Made by a program: the position numbers and the translations under genes. Source: an uncultured Flavonifractor sp. (GTDB lineage: Bacteria; Bacillota; Clostridia; Oscillospirales; Oscillospiraceae). Taken from it: a DNA stretch of 54,224 nt. Position 1 is the first letter of the stretch. Each line of letters opens with the position of its first letter. The notes below the pieces were generated by a model that did no database searches, was not told where the DNA came from, and saw nothing but the letters and a program-made list of their open reading frames with translations. Below, in pieces: positions 46,544-54,224 of this stretch. The DNA is taken from contig CALWOK010000171.1 of NCBI GenBank assembly GCA_944383125.1, positions 1 to 54,224 on the forward strand, given 5' to 3'.

Positions 46544-48560
46544 GCCTGCACTGGCCTTCCTGTCCTTTGTGCTGGGCATCAGCCTGCTGATGTTCAGCGT
46601 TGCCGTGGGATGGTCGGCGGGGACCTTGGGCTGGCAGGAAATCAACGACGCCTTCCAAACAGATTACCAACAGACATCACGGTTCCGGCATACCATAGAA
46701 AGCTGGTTTTTCCGCATCGCAGACGGCCACTTTACCGCTTCGGATGGCTTAACCGATCGCAACCTGCTCTATTTTGTCCAATGGGAAGGGGGAGAAGCCT
46801 ATACCAACTGCCCGGAGCTGGCCCAGGAGCAGCTGCCGGACGGATATAACTTCCTGCTGTCCTTTGATGGGGCTGCCGTTACCATCCGGAAGGACGGACA
46901 GAAGGTGGAGGTGTACGGAGACGGCTTATATCGGCCGGACAGCCTGTGGGAACTGCCCGGCTACCAGAACTATCCGGTCCCGTCCTCATACAGCAGTTTG
47001 ACCCTCCTGCTGGCAGCAGCAAAGAACCCTGCACCGTTTGTTCAGGATGTGCAGGGAGTATTCCAGTATCAGCATGACTATGACAGTGGTTTATATGGCA
47101 TCACCCTTGCCCTGGAACGCATCAGAACGGTGTTTGTGTGGGCGCTTGTTCTGCCGCTGGCTGCCGGCCTCGTGCTGCTCCTGCTCTCTCTTGTGTGGCA
47201 CAAGCATAAAGTGAGGGCAGACCAGGCCATTGCCTGGTGTACCAGCCGGGTCTGGCTGGAGGTCAAGGTACTGCTCCTCATCCCCTTTGGGTTTCTGAGC
47301 ATCGTTGCCCTCTATCTCTGTGCGGGATTTTTTTTGCTGCTGCAATATCCGTCCAACGTGCTGCTCTATCTGACCATACCGGCAGCTCTGTGGTGGGGTT
47401 ATCTTTACGTCAATGACCTGCGGTATGGCTTCGGGCAGCTGAAGACCCACAGTCTGTGTGCCCTGCTGGCCCGGATGCTGCGTGGTACCGAACTGCACTA
47501 TCCGGTGGGACAGCGGATCTGCCGCCGCTCCGCCCTCCAGTTTATCCTCTGCCTGCCCTTTTTCCTGTTCTGTGCTCTGGCTGCGCTGATTTTCATGGCG
47601 TCTTTCTGGCGCAGCAACTGGTTTGTTGTCCTGCTGTTTTTGCTGCTGTGCAGCATTGGGGCTGCTTTGATCGGCGGACAGCTGTGGCTCATCGCCCAAA
47701 ACCGCCGTACGGCCTCCCATCTGGATTGGCTGCTGGACCGGATTCAGCATGGCGATGCCGGCACGCCGCTGCCGGAAGAATCCGACCTGCAGGTGGTGGC
47801 CGACAGTCTGGAACAGATGGAGTCCCGGCTGCAGGATGCCGTAGAGGAGCAGGTCAAAAGTGAAAAGCTCAAGCTGGAGCTGATTACCAATGTATCCCAC
47901 GATCTGAAAACCCCCCTCACCTCCATGGTCAGCTATCTGGAGCTGCTGCGGCAGGAGGAACACCTGCCGCCCCATGTCCAGGACTATCTCCAGGTGCTGG
48001 ACCAGAAAACCAAACGGCTGCAGGCCATGGTACTGGATGTCTTTGACGTGAGCAAGGCGGCTACCGGCAACCTGCATCTGTCTGTAAAGCCAATCGACTT
48101 TGCAAAGCTGTTGCGTCAGACTTTGGCCGATCAGGACGAGTCCATTGCCGCCTCCCCCCTCACCTTCCGGGTACAGCTGCCCCAGGAGCCGGTATATATT
48201 CTGGCAGACGGGGAACGGCTGTACCGGGTCTTTCAGAATCTCATCGGAAATGCCCTGCAATATGCGTTGGAAGGCTCCCGTGTCTATGTTCACCTGGAGA
48301 CAGCCGGCGAAAAAGCCGTTGCCACCCTGCGCAACACCTCACGGGACGAGCTGCCCCACGGGGTGGACTTTACCGAGCGGTTTGTGCGGGGAGATCAGAG
48401 CCGCACCGATGGGGGCAGCGGCTTGGGCCTGTCCATTGCCCGTACCTTTACGGAAGCCTGCGGCGGCAGCTTTTCCATCTCCACCCAGGCCGATCTCTTC
48501 ACCGCTCAGGTGATATTTCCGCTGACCCATCTGCGTCCGGAACAGGAGGAGCCAGGATGA
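46518..48560 (+). CDS. Membrane sensor histidine kinase with a multi-TM input region
   Basis: H-box ITNVSHDLKTPL, N-box NLIGNALQY, ERFVRGD.SR, GSGLGLSIA; TTG start overlaps the end of the regulator. Confidence 0.95.
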   Translation: MDIKSKSIKPALAFLSFVLGISLLMFSVAVGWSAGTLGWQEINDAFQTDYQQTSRFRHTIESWFFRIADGHFTASDGLTDRNLLYFVQWEGGEAYTNCPELAQEQLPDGYNFLLSFDGAAVTIRKDGQKVEVYGDGLYRPDSLWELPGYQNYPVPSSYSSLTLLLAAAKNPAPFVQDVQGVFQYQHDYDSGLYGITLALERIRTVFVWALVLPLAAGLVLLLLSLVWHKHKVRADQAIAWCTSRVWLEVKVLLLIPFGFLSIVALYLCAGFFLLLQYPSNVLLYLTIPAALWWGYLYVNDLRYGFGQLKTHSLCALLARMLRGTELHYPVGQRICRRSALQFILCLPFFLFCALAALIFMASFWRSNWFVVLLFLLLCSIGAALIGGQLWLIAQNRRTASHLDWLLDRIQHGDAGTPLPEESDLQVVADSLEQMESRLQDAVEEQVKSEKLKLELITNVSHDLKTPLTSMVSYLELLRQEEHLPPHVQDYLQVLDQKTKRLQAMVLDVFDVSKAATGNLHLSVKPIDFAKLLRQTLADQDESIAASPLTFRVQLPQEPVYILADGERLYRVFQNLIGNALQYALEGSRVYVHLETAGEKAVATLRNTSRDELPHGVDFTERFVRGDQSRTDGGSGLGLSIARTFTEACGGSFSISTQADLFTAQVIFPLTHLRPEQEEPG

Positions 48561-49699
48561 AACGATTGCTGTTATTTCTGGGGCTGGCAGTTATGCTTAC
48601 CGGCTGCACCTCCCAGCCCCCTGCAACAACCTGCACCGCCGCAGAAATAGGAGAACTTGTGGTGCAGTCCCAACCGTCTGACTATCTCGACCCGATGCAC
48701 CCGTTATCAAGCGCTTATGATCCAGCGGAGTTGGAAACCTATCTCTCTACCGCCTATGGATTTTCTCCCCAGATGTGGGAAGACGCCGTAGCAGCGTATG
48801 GGGAGGGCATGGCGGCCAATGAAGTGGCTGTCATCCAATTATCAGAGGAAACGGATGGTGCCGCAGCAGAGCAGGCCCTGTGGCGCTATGTGCAAGGCAG
48901 GCTGATTGACTTTACAGGCTACGCCCCGGAGCAAGCCGCCCTGGTTGAAAATGCGCTGGTTGTACGGCAGGGGCAGTGGCTGCTGCTGGCCATCTGTCCC
49001 GATCCCATAGCGGCCAAGGCTGCCTTTGACCAGTGCTTCCAGGGGGAAAGCGTTTTGTGGACTCCCCCGCCGGAACCTTCCGCTTCTCCTGTCCAGGAGG
49101 AAGAAAGGTTGGAGATGCCCCGCTATGACACCGGCCCGGTGGTGGAGGCCTACCGTACCGGGGATACCTCTGCCCTGTCTGACCAGGATCAAGCGGTGCT
49201 GGAAGCCTGTGCCCGGGTGATGGAAGAAGTTCTGACTGCCGACATGACCCCGGCGGAACAGGAGCTTGCCATTCATGACTGGCTGATTGACCACACGGCC
49301 TATGACGAGGAGCACAGCCATCCCAACCATAACCATCCATATGGACTGCTGGTAGAGGGAAGGGCCATCTGCATGGGTTATGCCAATACCTTTCAGCTTT
49401 TTATGGACTTGCTGGGTATCCCTTGTCAGACGGTGGTCAGTCCAACCCATGCCTGGAATCTGGTAGAGCTGGACGGGGCATGGTATGGGGTGGATGTCAC
49501 TTGGGACGATCCCCTTGGCTCTTATGAAACCATTCCGGCAGAGCAGGAACCGGTACATCATGCCTATTTTAATATTACCGATGCTGTGCTTTGGGAGAGC
49601 GGCCATCGTTGGGATAAAACCACAGTGCCGGCGGCCACCGGTACCAAATATACCTGGCAGGCCATTCGGGGCGACGTTCCTCCGTTCCGGAAAGATTGA
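48557..49699 (+). CDS. Lipoprotein with DUF4358-like N-terminal domain and transglutaminase-like C-terminal domain
   Basis: Lipobox LTGC; ANEVAVI...F.GY.PEQ...ENA.V...G; Cys-His-Asp motifs AICMGYA, HAWN, DVTWDD. Confidence 0.8.
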   Translation: MKRLLLFLGLAVMLTGCTSQPPATTCTAAEIGELVVQSQPSDYLDPMHPLSSAYDPAELETYLSTAYGFSPQMWEDAVAAYGEGMAANEVAVIQLSEETDGAAAEQALWRYVQGRLIDFTGYAPEQAALVENALVVRQGQWLLLAICPDPIAAKAAFDQCFQGESVLWTPPPEPSASPVQEEERLEMPRYDTGPVVEAYRTGDTSALSDQDQAVLEACARVMEEVLTADMTPAEQELAIHDWLIDHTAYDEEHSHPNHNHPYGLLVEGRAICMGYANTFQLFMDLLGIPCQTVVSPTHAWNLVELDGAWYGVDVTWDDPLGSYETIPAEQEPVHHAYFNITDAVLWESGHRWDKTTVPAATGTKYTWQAIRGDVPPFRKD

Positions 49700-49718
49700 T
49701 AAATTTTTCCCCGCCCCC

Positions 49719-49747
49719 TTTACAGCGGCAGTATTTTCGGCTACAAT
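49719..49747 (+). promoter_or_regulatory. SigA promoter of ireB
   Basis: TTTACA (49719-49724), 17 bp, TACAAT (49742-49747). Confidence 0.6.
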
Positions 49748-49781
49748 GAGAACGAGATTTGCATCGGGAGGTGTGACAGGT

Positions 49782-50030
49782 ATGGAGACAGATTATACCC
49801 GTAAATTCAGCATCCGCTATGAGAAGGATCCTGAGATCAAAGAGGTGCTGACCTCCGTTTATAATTCCCTTCAGGAGAAGGGGTATAACCCCATCAACCA
49901 GATTGTGGGCTACATCCTTTCAGAGGACCCCACCTATATTACCAACTACAACAATGCCCGCTCTCTGATTCGTAAGCTGGATCGGGACGAGCTGCTGCAG
50001 GAACTGGTAAAGCAGTATCTGCGGGACTAA
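49782..50030 (+). CDS. ireB: IreB/ReoM family regulatory phosphoprotein (DUF965)
   Basis: D.T.KF (phospho-Thr region), [27 protein letters not shown]...[12 protein letters not shown]; SD GGAGGTG. Confidence 0.93.
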   Translation: METDYTRKFSIRYEKDPEIKEVLTSVYNSLQEKGYNPINQIVGYILSEDPTYITNYNNARSLIRKLDRDELLQELVKQYLRD

Positions 50031-50035
50031 GCTAA

Positions 50036-50076
50036 ACAAAAGGACGCACAGCCCAGTGGGCTGTGCGTCCTTTTGT
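50036..50076. terminator. Bidirectional terminator between ireB and ftsK
   Basis: ACAAAAGGACGCACAGCCC-AGT-GGGCTGTGCGTCCTTTTGT. Confidence 0.85.
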
Positions 50077-50077
50077 G

Positions 50078-52795
50078 TTAACCGTCCATATCAAAGGGCG
50101 GCAAATCCATACGCTGTGGGATGGCGTCTCCCTCGTAGTCCAGCTCATCTGGAACAGGCTCAGGGGCGGTGTCCACCATGCCCTGCTTGTACTGCATCTC
50201 CTGCCACTGGCTTTTGGAGATGAGCACCTGCCTGGGCTTGGAGCCTTCAAAGGGTCCTACCACCCCTTTTTCCTCCATCTGGTCCACCAGCCGGGCTGCC
50301 CGGGAATAGCCCAGCTTCAGGCGGCGCTGGAGCATGGACACCGATGCCATGCCGGTTTCCACCACCACTTCGATGGCAGCGGGGAGCAGCTCGTCATAGT
50401 CATCCCCCACATCCTCCGGGGCGGAGCCGCCCACCCCTTTGCCGCCCTTCTCCTTTTCGGCGGCATGTTTTTCAATGTCGTGCATGATCTCCTGATCGTA
50501 CTCCGCCCCGCTGCTGTTCTGCTTGATAAAGCCCACCACCGAGGCCACCTCTTCATCGGAGATCAGGCAGCCCTGTACCCGCTGGGGCTTACCGGAGCCA
50601 AGCGGGAAATAGAGCATATCACCCCGGCCCACCAGCTTTTCTGCGCCGGTGGTGTCCAGTATGATGCGGGATTCCAGAGAGGAGGCCACTGCAAAGGCAA
50701 TCCGGCTGGGAATGTTGGCCTTCATCAGACCGGTAATCACGTCAGCCGAGGGGCGCTGGGTAGCGATAATCAGGTGCATCCCGGCGGCACGGCCCATCTG
50801 AGCCACCCGGCAAATAGATTCTTCCACCTCTTTGGCGGCCACCAGCATCAGGTCAGCCAGCTCGTCAATGACCACCACAATCTGAGGCATTTTCTCCAGA
50901 TCGGGCGATTTTGCAGCATGGCTGTTATAGGAAGCCAGGTCCCGCACGCCAATTTCGGAGAAGGTGCGGTAGCGTTTCATCATTTCCACCACGGCCCACT
51001 GGAGAGCGCCTGCCGCCTTTTTCGGGTCAGTAACTACAGGAATCAGCAGGTGGGGAATGCCATTATAAATGCCAAGCTCCACCATTTTGGGGTCCACCAT
51101 AATCAGGCGGACCTCCTCCGGGGTGGCCTTGTACAGCAGGGAAATGATGAGGGAGTTGGTACACACCGACTTACCGGAACCGGTGGTACCTGCAATGAGC
51201 AAGTGGGGCAGCTTGGCAATATTGCCTACAATATTATTGCCCCCAATATCCTTGCCCACCGCAAAGGACACCTTGGAGGGGTTGTCCCGGAACTCCCTGG
51301 AGTCAATCACATCATGGATGTATACGGGAGATACCAGGCGATTGGGTACCTCAATGCCCACCATGGAAATCTGATTGGGAATGGGGGCAATCCGTACGCC
51401 GGTGGCTCCCAAGGCCAGGGCAATGTCATCAGACAGGTTGGTCAGCTTGTTGAGCCGTACCCCCTGGTCCAATTCCAGCTCATACCGGGTTACGGAGGGA
51501 CCCCGGGTTACATTGGAGATGCTGGCGTCAATGCCAAAGGAGCGGATGGTATCGCTGAGCCGGGCCTGGTTGGCTTTCAGCTCCCCGGCCACGTCGGAAC
51601 TGGATACCCCCTCCCCTTCCAGCAGCAGAGAAACGGGTGGATACTGGTAAACCACCGGCTCTTCCTCCAGGCTGCGGGCAATATCCTGGGCGACTTCGGC
51701 AGCAGCCTGGGCCGTTTCCTCCTGCTGGCGGGCTTTGGCGGAGGTTGGGACAACCGCAGGTTCCCGTACGATCTCAGGCATGGGCGGTGGTGCAGGTTCC
51801 GGCTCCGGCTCAGGTGTGGGCAGAGCAACCGGTTCTTCCGCCATTTCCGGCTCCAGCGGGGGCTCCTCCCACACCTCCGGTTCCGGCTGCTCCATCTGGG
51901 GAGCAGTGAGAACAGGGGGTTCCTCTACAGGTACCGGCTGTTCCGGTTCTGCTGCTGCGCCCGCCAGCACCTGGTCAGGCGCAGGAACTGCCGGCTTGCG
52001 GTTGAAAAAGCCCTTCTTCTTCTCCTCCGGTTCCGGCTCCGGCGTCTTGCCCACCAAAGGCCCGTCCTCTACGGGAATATCAATGACACGCTGCTTTCTG
52101 CCACGCTTGGCAGACTGGGGTTCCGCCGCCGGCTGCGGCTCCCGCATCTGGCGGCGGGGCCTTGGTTCGGGCGGTTCCTCTTCCTCATATTCCAGACGCT
52201 GCCGGTTCCGGAAGTCGTCCACAAGATCGGGAATGGAAATGGAAAAGCACACGATCATCAACAGCACCCCCAGGATGACAAAGATGATCCCTGCGCCAAT
52301 TTTGCTGAAGACAGCGGACAGCGCCAGACAGAGCACCCCGCTGATTACACCGCCGCTTTCCAGCCGTTCTCCCTGGAGCCACAGAGTTTTGAGCATGTCA
52401 AAGCTCCAGGTATAGAGGCTTTGTGCCAGGAGCAAATGGAGCATACTTCCGGCCAGCACCGGCAGCAGCAGCGCACACCAGACCCGCAGCTGGACGGGCC
52501 TGCCCCGGTGGAAGACCAGAATGCCGCTGGCTACCAGCAGCATGGGGGGGAGGAACAGATAGCCATAGCCAATCAGCCCCTTGACCAGGCCACAAAAAAA
52601 GTCGATGAAGATGGCCTGAATCCGGAAATAGCCCAGCGCAGCAAAAATGGCCAGCAGCAGACAGACCACAGCGCCCACCTCCCGCCGGACCGGGCGGGAG
52701 GCAGGCTTTTTACGGCTTGCGGTGCTCCGGGCAGCCGGCTTTCTGGCGGGTGCAGCCCGTTTTCCGCCGGAGCGTTTTTTCTGTGCGGTGGCCAT
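50078..52795 (-). CDS. ftsK: DNA translocase FtsK/SpoIIIE
   Basis: N-terminal TM domain, Pro/Glu-rich linker, AGTTGSGKS, VIDELADLM, ATQRPS, gamma domain SVSMLQRRLKLGYSRAARLVD. Confidence 0.97.
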   Translation of the reverse strand: MATAQKKRSGGKRAAPARKPAARSTASRKKPASRPVRREVGAVVCLLLAIFAALGYFRIQAIFIDFFCGLVKGLIGYGYLFLPPMLLVASGILVFHRGRPVQLRVWCALLLPVLAGSMLHLLLAQSLYTWSFDMLKTLWLQGERLESGGVISGVLCLALSAVFSKIGAGIIFVILGVLLMIVCFSISIPDLVDDFRNRQRLEYEEEEPPEPRPRRQMREPQPAAEPQSAKRGRKQRVIDIPVEDGPLVGKTPEPEPEEKKKGFFNRKPAVPAPDQVLAGAAAEPEQPVPVEEPPVLTAPQMEQPEPEVWEEPPLEPEMAEEPVALPTPEPEPEPAPPPMPEIVREPAVVPTSAKARQQEETAQAAAEVAQDIARSLEEEPVVYQYPPVSLLLEGEGVSSSDVAGELKANQARLSDTIRSFGIDASISNVTRGPSVTRYELELDQGVRLNKLTNLSDDIALALGATGVRIAPIPNQISMVGIEVPNRLVSPVYIHDVIDSREFRDNPSKVSFAVGKDIGGNNIVGNIAKLPHLLIAGTTGSGKSVCTNSLIISLLYKATPEEVRLIMVDPKMVELGIYNGIPHLLIPVVTDPKKAAGALQWAVVEMMKRYRTFSEIGVRDLASYNSHAAKSPDLEKMPQIVVVIDELADLMLVAAKEVEESICRVAQMGRAAGMHLIIATQRPSADVITGLMKANIPSRIAFAVASSLESRIILDTTGAEKLVGRGDMLYFPLGSGKPQRVQGCLISDEEVASVVGFIKQNSSGAEYDQEIMHDIEKHAAEKEKGGKGVGGSAPEDVGDDYDELLPAAIEVVVETGMASVSMLQRRLKLGYSRAARLVDQMEEKGVVGPFEGSKPRQVLISKSQWQEMQYKQGMVDTAPEPVPDELDYEGDAIPQRMDLPPFDMDG

Positions 52796-52844
52796 AGGTG
52801 ATCAAATCCTTTCGGAAAAATGGAAATGCCTTGCAAGGGGCAGG

Positions 52845-53690
52845 TCAGCCCATCGCAGTTTTGAAGATTCCGGCAATGAGGCTGCCCAGGCCCACTGCCC
52901 AGCAATAGTAAGCAAACTTGCCGAATTTGCCCTTGTCGGACAGGCTTTTCACCAGGCGGATTGCGAAGTAACCCACCACGGCAGCGACCGCAACCCCCAC
53001 CAGATAGACCGGCAGCTCGGCAACCTCAAAGCCGCTTTGCAAAGCGTCCTTCAGCTCCAGAATATTGGCGCCCACAATGGCGGGGAGGGACATCAGAAAA
53101 GAAAACCGGACGGCAAAGGCCCGGTCAAATCCCCGCATCATACCTACGGAGATGGTTGTACCGGAGCGGGACAGGCCCGGGATGACTGCCAGGGCCTGGC
53201 CGCAGCCTACGATCACAGCATCGAGTAACGTGGCATTTTTGGCCGTTTTATGCCCTTTGGCCAGCCGGTCGGAGAAAAAGAGCACACAGCCGGTGACAAG
53301 CAGGGCAATGGATACCATGATGGAACTGGAGAAAAGGGTATTGACAGCATCCTGCAAAAAGACCATCACCAACAGGGGCAGGGTGGCGACCACAATGAGC
53401 ATGACCATCCGCCTGGCAGGAGGCGGCGGTGTTCCAGTCCCCTTTCCGGCCAGGGCGGCAATGCCCAGAAAAAACTCCCGGATCATATCCATGACATCGC
53501 TCCAGTATACCACCAGCACAGAAATCAGCGTGCCGAAGTGGAGCAGGACGGTAAAAAACATGTAGGTTTCTTCCATATTCTCCATGCCGAAGAACTGCTG
53601 AAAGAGGGCCAGATGACCCGAACTGGAAATGGGCAGAAATTCTGCCACCCCCTGAATCAGTCCCATCAGGATGGCCATGAAGTAATTCAC
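52845..53690 (-). CDS. uppP: Undecaprenyl-diphosphate phosphatase (BacA)
   Basis: QGVAEFLPISSSGH, PGLSRSGTT, RFSFLMSLP; GTG 53690 after GGAGG. Confidence 0.97.
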   Translation of the reverse strand: MNYFMAILMGLIQGVAEFLPISSSGHLALFQQFFGMENMEETYMFFTVLLHFGTLISVLVVYWSDVMDMIREFFLGIAALAGKGTGTPPPPARRMVMLIVVATLPLLVMVFLQDAVNTLFSSSIMVSIALLVTGCVLFFSDRLAKGHKTAKNATLLDAVIVGCGQALAVIPGLSRSGTTISVGMMRGFDRAFAVRFSFLMSLPAIVGANILELKDALQSGFEVAELPVYLVGVAVAAVVGYFAIRLVKSLSDKGKFGKFAYYCWAVGLGSLIAGIFKTAMG

Positions 53691-53841
53691 TTGTGATTCC
53701 TCCATTCATCAACATGACGTATTGCTGAATTCTGTGCAGAACAATGCATGATATTATAGCACACACTATGGCAGATTTCCATCCTTTTTCCCATACAAGA
53801 AAAGAAATCCCACCGAAACGCTCCTTTCTTTTTGGTGCTAT

Positions 53842-53971
53842 TTGACAAAACTATATCGATGTGCCATACTAAAGAAAATCCTTTCTCCTTATGGAAAAGG
53901 TCGGAGACCGACCTGGTCTCCGCGATAACAGTAGGGTTCCCAAGAACCGTCAGGATTAGGAGATGATACAT
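53842..53971 (+). promoter_or_regulatory. SigA promoter plus structured 5' leader (cis-regulatory RNA candidate)
   Basis: TTGACA (53842-53847), 17 bp, TG-n-CATACT (53865-53870); leader with several stems and an anti-SD (see findings). Confidence 0.6.
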
Positions 53972-54224
53972 ATGTATGAGATCCGTACCCACCGTTCCAT
54001 GCGCGTCACAGCGCTCGTCCTGCTCATTTCCATGCTGCTGACATCAACAGTCTGGGCCGCTTCCCCACCGGTCCAGCCCTCTGTCTGGGCCGCCAGCGCA
54101 GTGGTGATGGACTATGACACCGGAGAGATCCTGTACGCCAAGGATGCGGATACCATGCGGGTACCCGCCTCCATGACCAAGGTGATGACTGCCTATATTA
54201 TCTTTGAAGAATTGGAGGCCGGAA
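53972..54224 (+). CDS. D-alanyl-D-alanine carboxypeptidase (peptidase S11), N-terminal part (truncated by the window edge; absent from the ORF track)
   Basis: Translated by hand: signal peptide, then ASAVVMDYDTGEILYAKDAD...PASMTKVMTAY (SxxK active site); SD AGGAG. Confidence 0.9.
   Translation, partial: MYEIRTHRSMRVTALVLLISMLLTSTVWAASPPVQPSVWAASAVVMDYDTGEILYAKDADTMRVPASMTKVMTAYIIFEELEAG

Noticed and set aside
49485-49781. N-terminal extension of IreB in the ORF track
   Set aside because: Overlaps the lipoprotein gene and the ireB promoter; the SD supports ATG 49782.
51780-52190. Repeated CCGGTTCCGG/CCGGCTCCGG words
   Set aside because: They encode the Pro-Glu-rich FtsK linker; not a CRISPR or DNA-level repeat array.
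50063-52801. 912-aa antisense ORF over ftsK
   Set aside because: Co-extensive shadow of ftsK; composition reflects reverse-complement codon bias.
1-54224. CRISPR arrays, tRNA/rRNA genes, IS elements, integrases, prophage or defence systems
   Set aside because: None seen: intergenic regions are short, no regularly spaced repeats were found by eye, and nearly all long ORFs are assignable to housekeeping, sporulation or envelope families.

Overview
A core chromosomal segment of an endospore-forming Firmicute (Clostridia; gene content suggests Oscillospiraceae, which is an inference). In order: pyrE (3' part), radC, uvrB-aldo/keto reductase-uvrA with LexA-like boxes, rex plus an SLH-domain gene, a three-gene sleC-like spore cortex-lytic locus, the his operon (hisZGDBHAF-orf-IE), pyrH-frr-uppS-cdsA-dxr-rseP-ispG-polC, an arsR-permease-thioredoxin cassette, pyrCFKD continuing into four poorly characterised genes, an aldehyde dehydrogenase, spoIIGA-sigE, DUF951-hisC, an S1-domain protein, a two-component system with a lipoprotein, ireB, ftsK/spoIIIE, uppP and the 5' end of a D,D-carboxypeptidase. 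I see no rRNA, tRNA, CRISPR array, transposase, integrase or prophage. The most notable observations: (1) SleC appears split into a stand-alone prodomain gene, a catalytic gene and a peptidoglycan-binding gene; (2) a switch-like structured 5' leader with partial c-di-AMP (ydaO) riboswitch motifs precedes the carboxypeptidase; (3) the pyrC leader has an attenuator-like terminator but no PyrR box; (4) HisR-type operators link DUF951-hisC to the his operon; (5) direct repeats bracket the ars cassette; (6) a 58-aa ORF missed by the ORF track. All family assignments come from motif recognition and recall; no database search was run.
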